DNA from: an uncultured Clostridia bacterium
Lineage (GTDB): Bacteria > Bacillota > Clostridia > Oscillospirales > CAG-272
NCBI GenBank assembly: GCA_947631765.1
Contig: CANRMP010000007.1
Span: forward strand, 72,647-136,646
Direction of reading: 5' to 3'
DNA: 64,000 nt
Part shown: positions 24,813 through 34,185 of the stretch, piece after piece
How positions within the stretch are numbered: the first letter of the stretch is position 1
Layout of the letters: every line of letters starts with the position of its first letter
Translations under genes and position numbers: made by a program
The notes under the pieces: model-generated
The model's input: the letters and a program-made list of their open reading frames with translations, nothing else
Told to the model about the DNA's origin: nothing
Database searches by the model: none

Positions 24813-26759
24813 ATGAAATTGAGAGCACCCTCAGTACCGCTTATTACGGTAGACCCTTATTTTTCGGTATGGTCGCCTGCCGACAGACTTACCGACACCA
24901 CGACAGAACACTGGACAGGTAAGCCCAACACCATAACGGGTGTTGCAACTATTGATGGAAAAGAATATTCCTTTTTAGGTAAGCCCTTCAGAAATATCGA
25001 GAAGATGGAGCAGATCTCACTAAGTATTACCGCGCTTTATACGGAGTACAAATTCAGCGCGGGTGGAGTTGAGCTTACCGCAAACTTCTGCACCCCTCTT
25101 CTTCCTGACGATTATTACTATTTCACCCGTCCGATAAGCTATCTTAAGCTTTCATATAAGTCCCTTGACGGCGCCTCTCATAAGGTCAGCGCAAAAATTG
25201 CCGTATCCGAAGAGCTTTGCCTTGACTGGAGAGGACAGATGCCGGTCACCACGGAGATAATAGAAAAAGACGGCGTCAAAATGGGAAAAATGGGCGGAGT
25301 AGAGCAGAGAGTGCTTGCACGCCGAGGCGATGACATCAGGATCGACTGGGGATATGTCTATCTTGCAACCAAGGGCGGAAAGCTTTCCGTCGAGGAAATT
25401 CCTTTCCCGTTCAGAGAAAGAGAAAGACATAGCGACTCGATATACATGACCTGTATTGTCGCCGAGAATACGGTTTCAAAGACAGGAACGCTCTTTGCAT
25501 TTGCTTATGACGATATTGAGAGCATGGTATATTTCGGCGAGCACCTCAAAACATGGTGGAACAAGGACTCGCAGAAAATCGAAGACGAGATAGTCAACGC
25601 TTTTGCCGATTATAAAGATGTTTATACTAAGGCTGTTGCGTTCGGCAAGAAGATGTACGCAGACGCTCAAAAAGCGGGCGGGGAAAAGTACGCGGAGCTT
25701 TTACAGCTTGCTTACCGTCAGGTATGCGCCGCTCACAAGCTTGTGCTTGACAAGGACGGAACCATTCTTTATATATCCAAGGAATGTCATTCAAACGGAT
25801 GCGCCGCAACGGTCGACGTTAGCTATCCCTCTATTCCCATGTTCTTGCTTTACAACCCCGAGCTTGTCGCGGGTATGATGCGCCCGATTTACAAGTATTC
25901 AAGAAGCGACGAATGGACAAAGGTTTTAAAATACGACTTTGCTCCTCATGACGCGGGTCAGTATCCTCACGTAAACGGACAGGTTTACGCCGGTAATAAC
26001 CGTGACGGTCAGATGCCCGTTGAGGAATGCGGAAATATGATAGTTATGGCGGCTGCCCATGCCGTTGCCTCGGGCGACGTTTCCTTTGCAAAGGAGAATT
26101 TAGACCTTCTTGAGCTCTGGGCAAACTATCTCTTAAAATACGGCGCAGACCCCGAAAATCAGCTCTGCACAGACGACTTTGCGGGACATTTGGCTCACAA
26201 CTGCAATCTTTCGCTTAAAGCCATATCGGGAATTATCGGTCTTGCAATCATTTACAAGATGATGGGCAACAAGGCAAAATGCGACGAGCTTATCGCAAAG
26301 GCAAAGGAGCTTTCTCTCGACTGGGCAAAGAGAGCTTCAAACGGCGACGGAAGCTACCGTCTTGCGTTTGACAGACCCGGCACCTTCTCCATGAAATACA
26401 ATATCGTGTGGGATAAGCTGTTCGGAACGGGCGTTATGCCGCGCGAGGTAATTGACAGCGAGCTTGAATCATATAAGTCGCGTATGCAGCCGTACGGGCT
26501 TCCCCTTGACAACCGCAGACCCTACACAAAGTCAGACTGGCTTATATGGACTGCAACCCTTGCAAAGGACAAGGCGGGCTTTATGGCAATTGCAGACCCT
26601 CTGTGGACCGCGTACAATTTCAGCGAGACTCGTTGCCCGATGACCGACTGGTACTGGACTGTGACCGCACATCAGGCGGGATTCAGACACAGAAGCGTTC
26701 AGGGCGGACTTTTCATAAAGCTGCTTGAAGCAACCGGCAAAATGAAGGTTGAGCTCTGA
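24813..26759 (+). CDS. Glutaminase A-like protein (DUF5127/DUF4965/DUF1793 architecture), cytoplasmic
   Basis: This 648-aa ORF has no signal peptide. The N-terminus LRAPSVPLITVDPYFSVWSPADRL and later DVSYPSIPMFLLYNPEL strings are as I recall for this family. Confidence 0.7.
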   Translation: MKLRAPSVPLITVDPYFSVWSPADRLTDTTTEHWTGKPNTITGVATIDGKEYSFLGKPFRNIEKMEQISLSITALYTEYKFSAGGVELTANFCTPLLPDDYYYFTRPISYLKLSYKSLDGASHKVSAKIAVSEELCLDWRGQMPVTTEIIEKDGVKMGKMGGVEQRVLARRGDDIRIDWGYVYLATKGGKLSVEEIPFPFRERERHSDSIYMTCIVAENTVSKTGTLFAFAYDDIESMVYFGEHLKTWWNKDSQKIEDEIVNAFADYKDVYTKAVAFGKKMYADAQKAGGEKYAELLQLAYRQVCAAHKLVLDKDGTILYISKECHSNGCAATVDVSYPSIPMFLLYNPELVAGMMRPIYKYSRSDEWTKVLKYDFAPHDAGQYPHVNGQVYAGNNRDGQMPVEECGNMIVMAAAHAVASGDVSFAKENLDLLELWANYLLKYGADPENQLCTDDFAGHLAHNCNLSLKAISGIIGLAIIYKMMGNKAKCDELIAKAKELSLDWAKRASNGDGSYRLAFDRPGTFSMKYNIVWDKLFGTGVMPREVIDSELESYKSRMQPYGLPLDNRRPYTKSDWLIWTATLAKDKAGFMAIADPLWTAYNFSETRCPMTDWYWTVTAHQAGFRHRSVQGGLFIKLLEATGKMKVEL

Positions 26760-26786
26760 AAAATCTTATATTAAATTAATAAATCA

Positions 26787-26821
26787 AAACGGAATCACCG
26801 ATCAAGGCGATTCCGTTTTTT
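26787..26821. terminator. Bidirectional terminator
   Basis: The stem AAAACGGAATC (26787-26797) / GATTCCGTTTT (26809-26819) lies between convergent genes. Confidence 0.6.
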
Positions 26822-26845
26822 AGACCTTTAATAATTCATATTAAA

Positions 26846-29335
26846 TTATTCGGTCGGGTTTGCGGGGTCATATGCCAAATATTGCTCCATCGTCGCTCCC
26901 CAGACAACTTTGATCGAACTGTTGCACCAATCCTTTGCCCATCCGGAAGGTCGCGCATTTGCCTCACAATAGATAACGGTGTTTTCATTACCGTAAAGTA
27001 CAACATCAAAAGCATACCCGCCCATTTTGACTACACTTGCAGGTATGTAGACTTTTTTCAGGGAGTAGCATGACATAAAAGCTTTTTCGTCGATTTCTTC
27101 GACGCTATCGGGAATGACGAGTTCGGTAAGGGTATGGCAGCTTTCAAAGGTGGCAGTCTCGATTTTTGTAATACCCTTTGGAATATGGATTTCGGTCAGG
27201 CTGTAACAACTGTCGAACGCAGATTCTCCGATTTCTGTTATGCCGTCGTTTAGGTTGATTGTTTTAAGAGCTGTGCAGTACCAAAACGCACTATCACCTA
27301 TTTTTTTAACTGTGTTCGGCATAATCACGGTTTCAAGAGCTTTAGCATTGCCGAAGGCAAAATAACCGATGGAGGTTACGCCCTCGGGAATCGTTATACT
27401 TTTCAAAGCTGCATTTTCGCTAAAGGCTTTTGGTCCGATTTCGGTAACTCCGTTTGGCAGAACTATATCGGGTGTACTTCCGTCATAGTCGGCGGCAACA
27501 ATGTTCCCGTTGTGCTGTACTGCATAGGTGACACCCTGACTGTCGGTTCTACACTCTTTTACATCGAAAATTAATCTATCAGGGTCAACACCAATATCTC
27601 TCTCGGAAAACTCGCAGCATATAAGTATGTAGTCTAATTCATAATATTCGAAGGCACCGTTAATTGAAGTCACATTTTCCGCAAGATAGACGTAATCAAT
27701 TATATTGCCGCCATAAAAGGCGTTTGCAGCTATGTTCATTGCAATATACAGTTTGGATTCCTTGCAGTCTCCGATGCCGACAATTTCTCCGTTGCTGATT
27801 TTCAGTCCACTTGTTTGTGTGGCAATCTTACCTTCTGAAACGACTGTATGAGAACCGGTGCCGTCGCGCAGATCATAGGTGTATGTGGCTTTGACGGTAT
27901 AAAGCTTAAGTTTATCCAGCCCGTCGACGCGGCGCGTACCTGTATTCAGCTTTTTGACAAGCTTTCCGCTATTGTCAAGCAGCTCGAGAGAAGTCAGCTT
28001 GCCGACAGAATTTTTATCCGCAATATTTATGGAAAACTCTATGTGCTCAAAAGACCAATCGGTCGGTGAAATGGTTAATTTGGGTACCGTATTCGTTGCC
28101 GTGGTAAACATCTGCTCCGTCTTATCCTCGTGACCTTCGCTTTCGAACCTTGCAATAAGCTTATAGGTATGTCCCGACAGCAGTCCGGTAACCTTTGTAG
28201 CGCTTGACGACAGCTTGGAAATCAGCTTATCCCCATCGTAGAGCTCCATAGAGGTGATAACCTTTTTGCCGACGTAGTCCTTTGCCCAGCTTGGCGTAAA
28301 GGAGACGGAGGTGTCGCCGATTTTCATGTCGCTAAAGGCAAAGACAAGCGGAGTTGCAGCGCTTTCTGCGGCAAGAATGTGAACCGCCTTCCCCTCGCCG
28401 TCCAAGGCGTCATAGAAGCCGATAACGCACACTCGGTACTCGGTATTTGATATAAGCCCGTCGAATTTGATTGTTGAGGGCATTTCTTTGAATATTTCCT
28501 GTCTGTAGAGAAGGTCGTCTCCGTCATAGATTGCCGCATAGAAGTTTCCGCCGAGCAGTCCGCGCAGTCCGAACGGGTCGTGCGCCGTCACCGTGCAGGT
28601 CACCGAATTGAAGTCGACCAATATGTTTTCAACAGTCGCGGTAGGCTGATTTTCGGTGTAAACCCCTATTTCTACAGTGCGCTCACCCTGCATACGAACG
28701 TCCTTTATTTTCTCTCCGTCAACATACTTTATGGCGTCGATTGTGTATTCGACAAGCCCCTCTGCATCCCCTACGTTGCATTTGAGAATCAGATTTTCCA
28801 TATCCGAGCCTGTCTCAAACATGTAGGATGAGTATTTGACTCCGTTGAGGGTGAACGAGAGAATTTCATAGTTGTTCGGGTTCGAAACGTGTACCGTTAT
28901 GTAGAAATCCTCGTTGGGCTTTGCGTAGAACAGCTCTGTGTCGTTGCCCTTTGACACTTCGTTTGCGTATTTTTCTTCATACTTTGCTTTGATGCTGTCC
29001 TTGACGTCCTTATCGTCTGTTTCATCTCCTGCCGCAAGCAGGGATATACCGAGCTTATTTCCGCTTAGCGCAACTTCGCCCTGCTCGTTTTCGGAGGACA
29101 GGGTCATTCCGGTGTAAACGGGAATGTTTTTGTTGTTATTCCAAATAAGGAAAACTACCGATGCGCCGATAACAAGGCAAAGAGTTGCGGCAAGCGTTGA
29201 AATCCAGCCGGCTTTACCGAAACGCTTCGTCTTTGCGCCGCCTTTTCTCAGGTAGTAATTGTACCTTATTGCCGCGCAGGCGTCAATTAAATCGTCCGAG
29301 ATGTTTTTTAGTATTTTCAGCTTTTTGTCATGCAT
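26846..29335 (-). CDS. Single-pass membrane protein (putative anti-sigma factor) with FN3/Ig-like repeats and a C-terminal BspA-type leucine-rich repeat domain
   Basis: This 829-aa ORF overlaps the sigma gene stop by 8 nt. A roughly 45-aa cytoplasmic head is followed by a TM helix (ISTLAATLCLVIGASVVFLIW). The C-terminal repeats follow the pattern I.IP.GVT.IG..AF..C..L. Confidence 0.7.
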   Translation of the reverse strand: MHDKKLKILKNISDDLIDACAAIRYNYYLRKGGAKTKRFGKAGWISTLAATLCLVIGASVVFLIWNNNKNIPVYTGMTLSSENEQGEVALSGNKLGISLLAAGDETDDKDVKDSIKAKYEEKYANEVSKGNDTELFYAKPNEDFYITVHVSNPNNYEILSFTLNGVKYSSYMFETGSDMENLILKCNVGDAEGLVEYTIDAIKYVDGEKIKDVRMQGERTVEIGVYTENQPTATVENILVDFNSVTCTVTAHDPFGLRGLLGGNFYAAIYDGDDLLYRQEIFKEMPSTIKFDGLISNTEYRVCVIGFYDALDGEGKAVHILAAESAATPLVFAFSDMKIGDTSVSFTPSWAKDYVGKKVITSMELYDGDKLISKLSSSATKVTGLLSGHTYKLIARFESEGHEDKTEQMFTTATNTVPKLTISPTDWSFEHIEFSINIADKNSVGKLTSLELLDNSGKLVKKLNTGTRRVDGLDKLKLYTVKATYTYDLRDGTGSHTVVSEGKIATQTSGLKISNGEIVGIGDCKESKLYIAMNIAANAFYGGNIIDYVYLAENVTSINGAFEYYELDYILICCEFSERDIGVDPDRLIFDVKECRTDSQGVTYAVQHNGNIVAADYDGSTPDIVLPNGVTEIGPKAFSENAALKSITIPEGVTSIGYFAFGNAKALETVIMPNTVKKIGDSAFWYCTALKTINLNDGITEIGESAFDSCYSLTEIHIPKGITKIETATFESCHTLTELVIPDSVEEIDEKAFMSCYSLKKVYIPASVVKMGGYAFDVVLYGNENTVIYCEANARPSGWAKDWCNSSIKVVWGATMEQYLAYDPANPTE

Positions 29336-29924
29336 TCCAGTATCCCTCTGCTTTCAAACGATCTTTCAGCCCTTCTCTGAGCTTTTCAAGCTCGCGGAAA
29401 ACCGTTCTGTCGCTGATTTTCAGCATACTTGCAATTGATGCGACGCTGTCGAAAAAATAATAGCGGCAAATGAAGATTATTTGCGAGCGCCTGTTTTGCT
29501 CATTAAGGAAGGTATTGAGAATTCCCGATACGTCCTTTACGAATATTTCTTCCTCTACCGTGGTTTCAGACGGTATGCACGCGTCAAGCTCGGAAAGGGA
29601 GGTTGTCATTTCCATGGGAATGCGCTTTGCGGCGTTGTTTTCGCGGAATTTGTCTATAGCAATGTTTCGCGTGAGCTTTGAGAGAAATGCTTGAAAGATT
29701 GTAGGCTTTGTCGGCGGAATTTTGTTCCACGTGCTAAGGTATGTGTCGTTTACACACTCTTCTGAGTCCATGGCGTCGTGAAGAATGTTGGACGCTATGG
29801 TGAACAGATATCTGCCATACTTGTCGCTCGTTGCGCTTATTGCGCTTTCATCCCGATTCCAGTAAAGCAGTATAATAGCCTCGTCGGTGAGCGGCTTTTG
29901 TAGGTGTTGTTCATTCGATTTCAT
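29328..29924 (-). CDS. ECF-type sigma-70 family RNA polymerase sigma factor
   Basis: Region 2 is visible (YGRYLFTIASNILHDAMDSEECVNDTYL) and so is the region 4 HTH (SVASIASMLKISDRTVFRELEKLR). I prefer Met39 with RBS AAAGGAAAA. Confidence 0.8.
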   Translation of the reverse strand: MKSNEQHLQKPLTDEAIILLYWNRDESAISATSDKYGRYLFTIASNILHDAMDSEECVNDTYLSTWNKIPPTKPTIFQAFLSKLTRNIAIDKFRENNAAKRIPMEMTTSLSELDACIPSETTVEEEIFVKDVSGILNTFLNEQNRRSQIIFICRYYFFDSVASIASMLKISDRTVFRELEKLREGLKDRLKAEGYWNA

Positions 29925-30097
29925 ACGTGTTATTTTTCCTTTCTTATTTATATACGGTCTATTATAATATGTCGTAAAAAAAGATAAAAACTGACACACT
30001 TTTGACAAAAAAATTTCGGTTTGTCGAAAAAATCCCACGCACCTTTTAAAAATATTATATCATATCCCGCTAAAAAAGCAAGGCCCATATTTTGACC

Positions 30098-30126
30098 TTG
30101 CCTTTTGCTGTAAAGTATGATATAAT
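30098..30126 (+). promoter_or_regulatory. Promoter of 30193-31062
   Basis: TTGCCT (30098-30103), a 17-nt spacer, and TGaTATAAT with the hexamer at 30121-30126. Confidence 0.45.
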
Positions 30127-30192
30127 GTTATTAAATTATTAAAAAGCGTCGGGCAAATACGACGGCGGTACTGAAAAAAGAAGGAGAATTTT

Positions 30193-31062
30193 ATGGAAAA
30201 CACGGTTATAAACTGGCTTTTGGAGGAAAACAACCCCGCTGTGAGATATCGCACGCTTTGCGAGCTGCTTGACAGAAAAAGCTCAAGCGAGGCAGAGGCG
30301 GCTCTTGAGTGTCTTCTTATGTCGGATGAGGTGAAGCACGCGCTTTCCTTTTTTGAAATCGGGAAGGAATACGCCGACGCCCACGCCTTCAGCGCGCTTG
30401 CTGAATGCGGTCTGACGCGCAAAAATTTGGATATTGACAAATATGTTGAAAATTATATTTCAAAATACGGCTTTTCGGAGGGCTGCGGCGAGGGGTTCCT
30501 GCTTCGAAATTTAGTAAAACTCGGATATTACGATATGCCTGCCGTCAGAGCGGAGCTTGAAAAGGTTCTTCCCGCACAGCAAGAGGACGGCGGGTACCCC
30601 TGCGTATCGAATAATCCGAAAATCAAAAAGCCGAATGTTCCTCATAAAAGCTGCTTTCAGATGTCGACAAGCTATCTTTTGCTTTTTGCGGAGCTTAAAA
30701 AGGTCGGGTACAAATGCGATGAAGAGAACGCTCTTTGCGAGTATTTTCTCTCCCGTGAGGTGCTGTTTCGGCATGACGATACAAGCCGCGTGGTAAAAGA
30801 TGAAATGGGCAGAACCTTCCACCCGCCGGTTACAACGCGCATCGGTCTGCACATGATTCTTCACTCGCTCTCGCTTCTCGGCAAAGCGGACGATCCGCGC
30901 TGCAAAAGAGCGTTGGACATGCTTGAGCAAAGAAAGGGCGGCGAGGGGAAATATGTTATAGACTGCTCGCTGACAAAGCCGTACATAAAAACCGAAAAGC
31001 CGGGCAAGGAGAGCAAATGGGTGACCTTTTATGCGCTTGCGGCAAAAAAACAGGAAAAATAA
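30193..31062 (+). CDS. Hypothetical protein, possibly a prenyltransferase/terpene-cyclase-like alpha-alpha toroid repeat protein
   Basis: This 289-aa ORF has RBS AAGGAG. The N-terminus INWLLEENNPAVRYRTLCELL, the QQEDGGYPC and RKGGEGKY repeat-like strings, and the tail KWVTFYAL are family-like from memory only. Confidence 0.6.
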   Translation: MENTVINWLLEENNPAVRYRTLCELLDRKSSSEAEAALECLLMSDEVKHALSFFEIGKEYADAHAFSALAECGLTRKNLDIDKYVENYISKYGFSEGCGEGFLLRNLVKLGYYDMPAVRAELEKVLPAQQEDGGYPCVSNNPKIKKPNVPHKSCFQMSTSYLLLFAELKKVGYKCDEENALCEYFLSREVLFRHDDTSRVVKDEMGRTFHPPVTTRIGLHMILHSLSLLGKADDPRCKRALDMLEQRKGGEGKYVIDCSLTKPYIKTEKPGKESKWVTFYALAAKKQEK

Positions 31063-31072
31063 ACAAAAATAT

Positions 31073-31110
31073 AAAAAAGCCATACCCGATTTTTGGGATA
31101 TGGCTTTTTT
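31073..31110. terminator. Bidirectional terminator
   Basis: AAAAAAGCCATACCC / GGGATATGGCTTTTTT lies between convergent genes. Confidence 0.65.
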
Positions 31111-31118
31111 GGCGTTAT

Positions 31119-33968
31119 TTATCGCTTTTTCTTTCTTACAACCGCAAAATATACAATGCAAAGCACAGTCAAGGCGACAACAACGCCGCCCGCAATAAAG
31201 GCGGGAATAATAAAGCTCTGACCTTTTGAGCTGTCATCGTTTGAGCTTTCACTTGAACTGTCGCCGGGGATAATGGGCGCGGTACTCTGCGAGCCGCCCT
31301 GTGTTTTTTGGGTAGTTATGCTTGTTGTTTTTTTGCCGTCGGTTACTGGAGTCACTGGACCCTCCGGCTTTGTTGACGGGGGAGAGGTGGGCTCGGGCTC
31401 TGTTGTGACTGTCGGAGCTAGCGGCAGAGTTGTCTGTGTGGGCTTTGGTGTTGTCTGCTCTTGAGGCTTTTTGGTGGTTATTTCAGGTGGCTTTACTGTG
31501 GTTTCGTTAGGCTTCTTCGTCGTTACCTCGGGAGGCTTTACCGGCGTGTCGCCTCCTTGCTGAGGCGGCGGGTCGGGGATGTTTGAATTATCGTCCTCAT
31601 ATCCGCTAATATAGCTGCCTAAGGTCGGAGAGGGGCGTTTTTCCCCGTCCTTATAGACCGAAATATAGTTAATGTCATAAATATAGTCGCCCTGATAAAG
31701 GTAGACTGTTATGACGTTCACTCCGTTTGTAAGCTCACTGCCAGAAGCGTTAAGGGTTTTTGCGGTGTTTGCCGAGAGATTTATTTTGTCCCTGCAAGCT
31801 CCGTTAAGCCAAATCTGCGCCTTGCAGTCATAATCCGAGGTCACCGAGATTGTAAAAGACGAGAAGGGAAGCGCCAGCGTATAATCCGCAAGCTTATTTT
31901 TTGCCGCAACATTTCCGCTAAGCGACAGAGAGAGTGTTCCGTTTGTGTGCATTCCGAAATTTTCAATATCGGGATCGCGGAATGAAAACTGCTGATCAAG
32001 CCAATATATGCGGTTTTTAAGGAAGGTTTTAAGCTGATTACATTCGTCTTTAAAGGACCTTCCGCCGGTGCGCCCTGCAAAATCGGTTTCGTAAGGGTCC
32101 TTTGAAAACTTGTCGTACTCAAGCACCGAGGCTTTATAGAGCATATCGTAGTAATAATCTATGCTGTTTACCATGTCGTCAAGCGCGCCCGAAAGCTGAC
32201 TCCATCTTTCCTTTACAAGTGACACAAAATACGGATCGCCGTAAAGCTCACGATACCACTTGTTGTTTTGTGCTCTCCAGTCGTTGTACCACATAAAATA
32301 GTCGCCGCTTGCGCCGAGAAAGGGATTGCCCGACGACCAGTCGTAGTCCCAGCAGGGTCCGAAGACTATTTTATTGTCGCTGTTTATGTACATATACATC
32401 GACTTGTAGCCGAATTCGACGTTAAGAATGACCGTGTTTAAGATATAGCAGTCGACAAGTGAATTTATATCAACGTATTCGGTGTAATGCTTTCCCTTTG
32501 AATTTGTGAAGTTATCGCCAAGGCAAGCTTCCTCAAAATCGTTGAAAAAGCCAACGATATATTCAAAAAGGGCAGGGTTTGTCTTTATTGCCTCCATGTT
32601 CGAGACCTTGAGAGGCACGTTATTATTTGTATAGAAAAAGCTGTCCTCATCGCTGTAGCCGTCATATTCTATAAGATATCCGGTGTAAATCGAGTAGGTG
32701 GAGGTGTCGACATAATCCGAGAGGTTGTACCCCTCGAATTTTCCCGAGGTCAGCCAGGACATATCGGCGCACAGCCTGTCTTCAAGCTCCGACTGTCGGT
32801 TTTCGTCAAAGCCGTATTTTTCGGCAACGCCCGCGGCAAAATCCTCTGCGATATCCTCCCAGTCGGTGACCTCGCCGTCAAAAAGATCGGTGTCGACCTT
32901 TTGAGTCAGAGCATATGTGCCCATATACTCTCCGTTGAGCACGAGATTGACGTATACCGACTTGCAGAAAACCATGCCCATTTGACCGGAAAGGTCATAG
33001 ATAAGCTTGTTTCGCATCATAGTGCGGTCCATGTAATTTGAAATAAGTACCCATTTTTTGCTCTTTCCCATGCCGAAAAGATCCGCTTTTTGGGAAAGCT
33101 TAATGGTATACGGCACCTTTCTTGTGTGGGTGTCGCCCGGAAGGGTGTTTAACTTACCGTCGGGGTAACCGTTGTTCCAGGTGGAATTTCCGCGCCCCTT
33201 TATTTTGATTGCCGCGCCTTCCTTTGTGAAAACGTTTGAATACTTTGAATATGAATTTGAAAGCTCTATGCGCATTGCGGCGTCTTTATAGCTTATGCGC
33301 GAGGTGACGTAATCGCCGTCCGAAGTGTTTATATAAACTGTCGAAAGTCCGGTTTCGGAAAGCTGATTTTCGCTGACAGAAGGCGGCGGGTCATTTGGCG
33401 GCTGCTCGGCACTTGGCGTGCGCATAATGAGCGACATGTCAAACTCTCGTCCGCCCGCATCGTCTTCAAGAGAAATTGCAAGCGTATTGCTTCCGCTTTT
33501 AAGATAATCTTTAAGATTAAGGGGAAGGTCGATATATCCGTCAACCCACCCGACGTCATAGAAAATTTCCGCACCGTTAAGATAAACCGTCATGGTGTTA
33601 TCGTAAAAAATATTTGCAATAAATTCTTTTTCCCGGGCTTTGTTAAGATCTTTTATATCAAAGGTTGTAACAAGCAAAAGCACGTGATTTTCAGCTGCCC
33701 AGCCCGAGCCGTTGTAAGGGTCGATCCTGTCTCCGAACGGTGAGACCTTGCTGTCCCAATCCTTGACAAAGGCGGAGCCCTGTATCCAGTCTGAGGGCAT
33801 GTCCGTGAAATCCCACACGGTCATTGTGCGGTATTTCCACTCGGTCACGCCAGCCTCAATGAGCACAACGATGTCATCCTCCTCGGCACTGCACAAAATG
33901 AGCACCGAAAGCAGAGCGGCAATAACGACGAGCACAAGCGCGGCTATAATGATTTTCTTTCTTTTCAT
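31119..33968 (-). CDS. CotH-like kinase family protein with an N-terminal jelly-roll module, a Pro/Thr-rich linker and a C-terminal TM anchor
   Basis: CotH-like strings include KKWVLISNYMDRTMMRNKL and GPCWDYDWSSGNP. There is an N-terminal signal or anchor. The linker contains VKPPEVTTKKPNETT / VKPPEITTKKPQEQTT. The C-terminus is IIPAFIAGGVVVALTVLCIVYFAVVRKKKR. I prefer the Met3 start (RBS GAGGA). Confidence 0.75.
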   Translation of the reverse strand: MKRKKIIIAALVLVVIAALLSVLILCSAEEDDIVVLIEAGVTEWKYRTMTVWDFTDMPSDWIQGSAFVKDWDSKVSPFGDRIDPYNGSGWAAENHVLLLVTTFDIKDLNKAREKEFIANIFYDNTMTVYLNGAEIFYDVGWVDGYIDLPLNLKDYLKSGSNTLAISLEDDAGGREFDMSLIMRTPSAEQPPNDPPPSVSENQLSETGLSTVYINTSDGDYVTSRISYKDAAMRIELSNSYSKYSNVFTKEGAAIKIKGRGNSTWNNGYPDGKLNTLPGDTHTRKVPYTIKLSQKADLFGMGKSKKWVLISNYMDRTMMRNKLIYDLSGQMGMVFCKSVYVNLVLNGEYMGTYALTQKVDTDLFDGEVTDWEDIAEDFAAGVAEKYGFDENRQSELEDRLCADMSWLTSGKFEGYNLSDYVDTSTYSIYTGYLIEYDGYSDEDSFFYTNNNVPLKVSNMEAIKTNPALFEYIVGFFNDFEEACLGDNFTNSKGKHYTEYVDINSLVDCYILNTVILNVEFGYKSMYMYINSDNKIVFGPCWDYDWSSGNPFLGASGDYFMWYNDWRAQNNKWYRELYGDPYFVSLVKERWSQLSGALDDMVNSIDYYYDMLYKASVLEYDKFSKDPYETDFAGRTGGRSFKDECNQLKTFLKNRIYWLDQQFSFRDPDIENFGMHTNGTLSLSLSGNVAAKNKLADYTLALPFSSFTISVTSDYDCKAQIWLNGACRDKINLSANTAKTLNASGSELTNGVNVITVYLYQGDYIYDINYISVYKDGEKRPSPTLGSYISGYEDDNSNIPDPPPQQGGDTPVKPPEVTTKKPNETTVKPPEITTKKPQEQTTPKPTQTTLPLAPTVTTEPEPTSPPSTKPEGPVTPVTDGKKTTSITTQKTQGGSQSTAPIIPGDSSSESSNDDSSKGQSFIIPAFIAGGVVVALTVLCIVYFAVVRKKKR

Positions 33969-34124
33969 ACCCATTCAATCCTCGCATATTGCTTAACTGT
34001 AATCAGTATATCATATAAAAAGTATTATGTCAAACATTTTAAGAGTAAGTCGGCGCAAAAAAGCAATATTTTGCCGATTTTCAAAAGAACAATAATTTGA
34101 TATAAAACTAAGCAAGAAAAGACC

Positions 34125-34153
34125 TTGAAATCCGTGCGGATTTGGTATAGAAT
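34125..34153 (+). promoter_or_regulatory. Promoter of 34186-37344 with an inverted repeat in the spacer
   Basis: TTGAAA (34125-34130), a 17-nt spacer and TAGAAT (34148-34153). The inverted repeat AAATCCG-TG-CGGATTT spans 34128-34143. Confidence 0.45.
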
Positions 34154-34185
34154 ACAGTTAAAAAAGAAAAAGGGAGGAAATCGGC

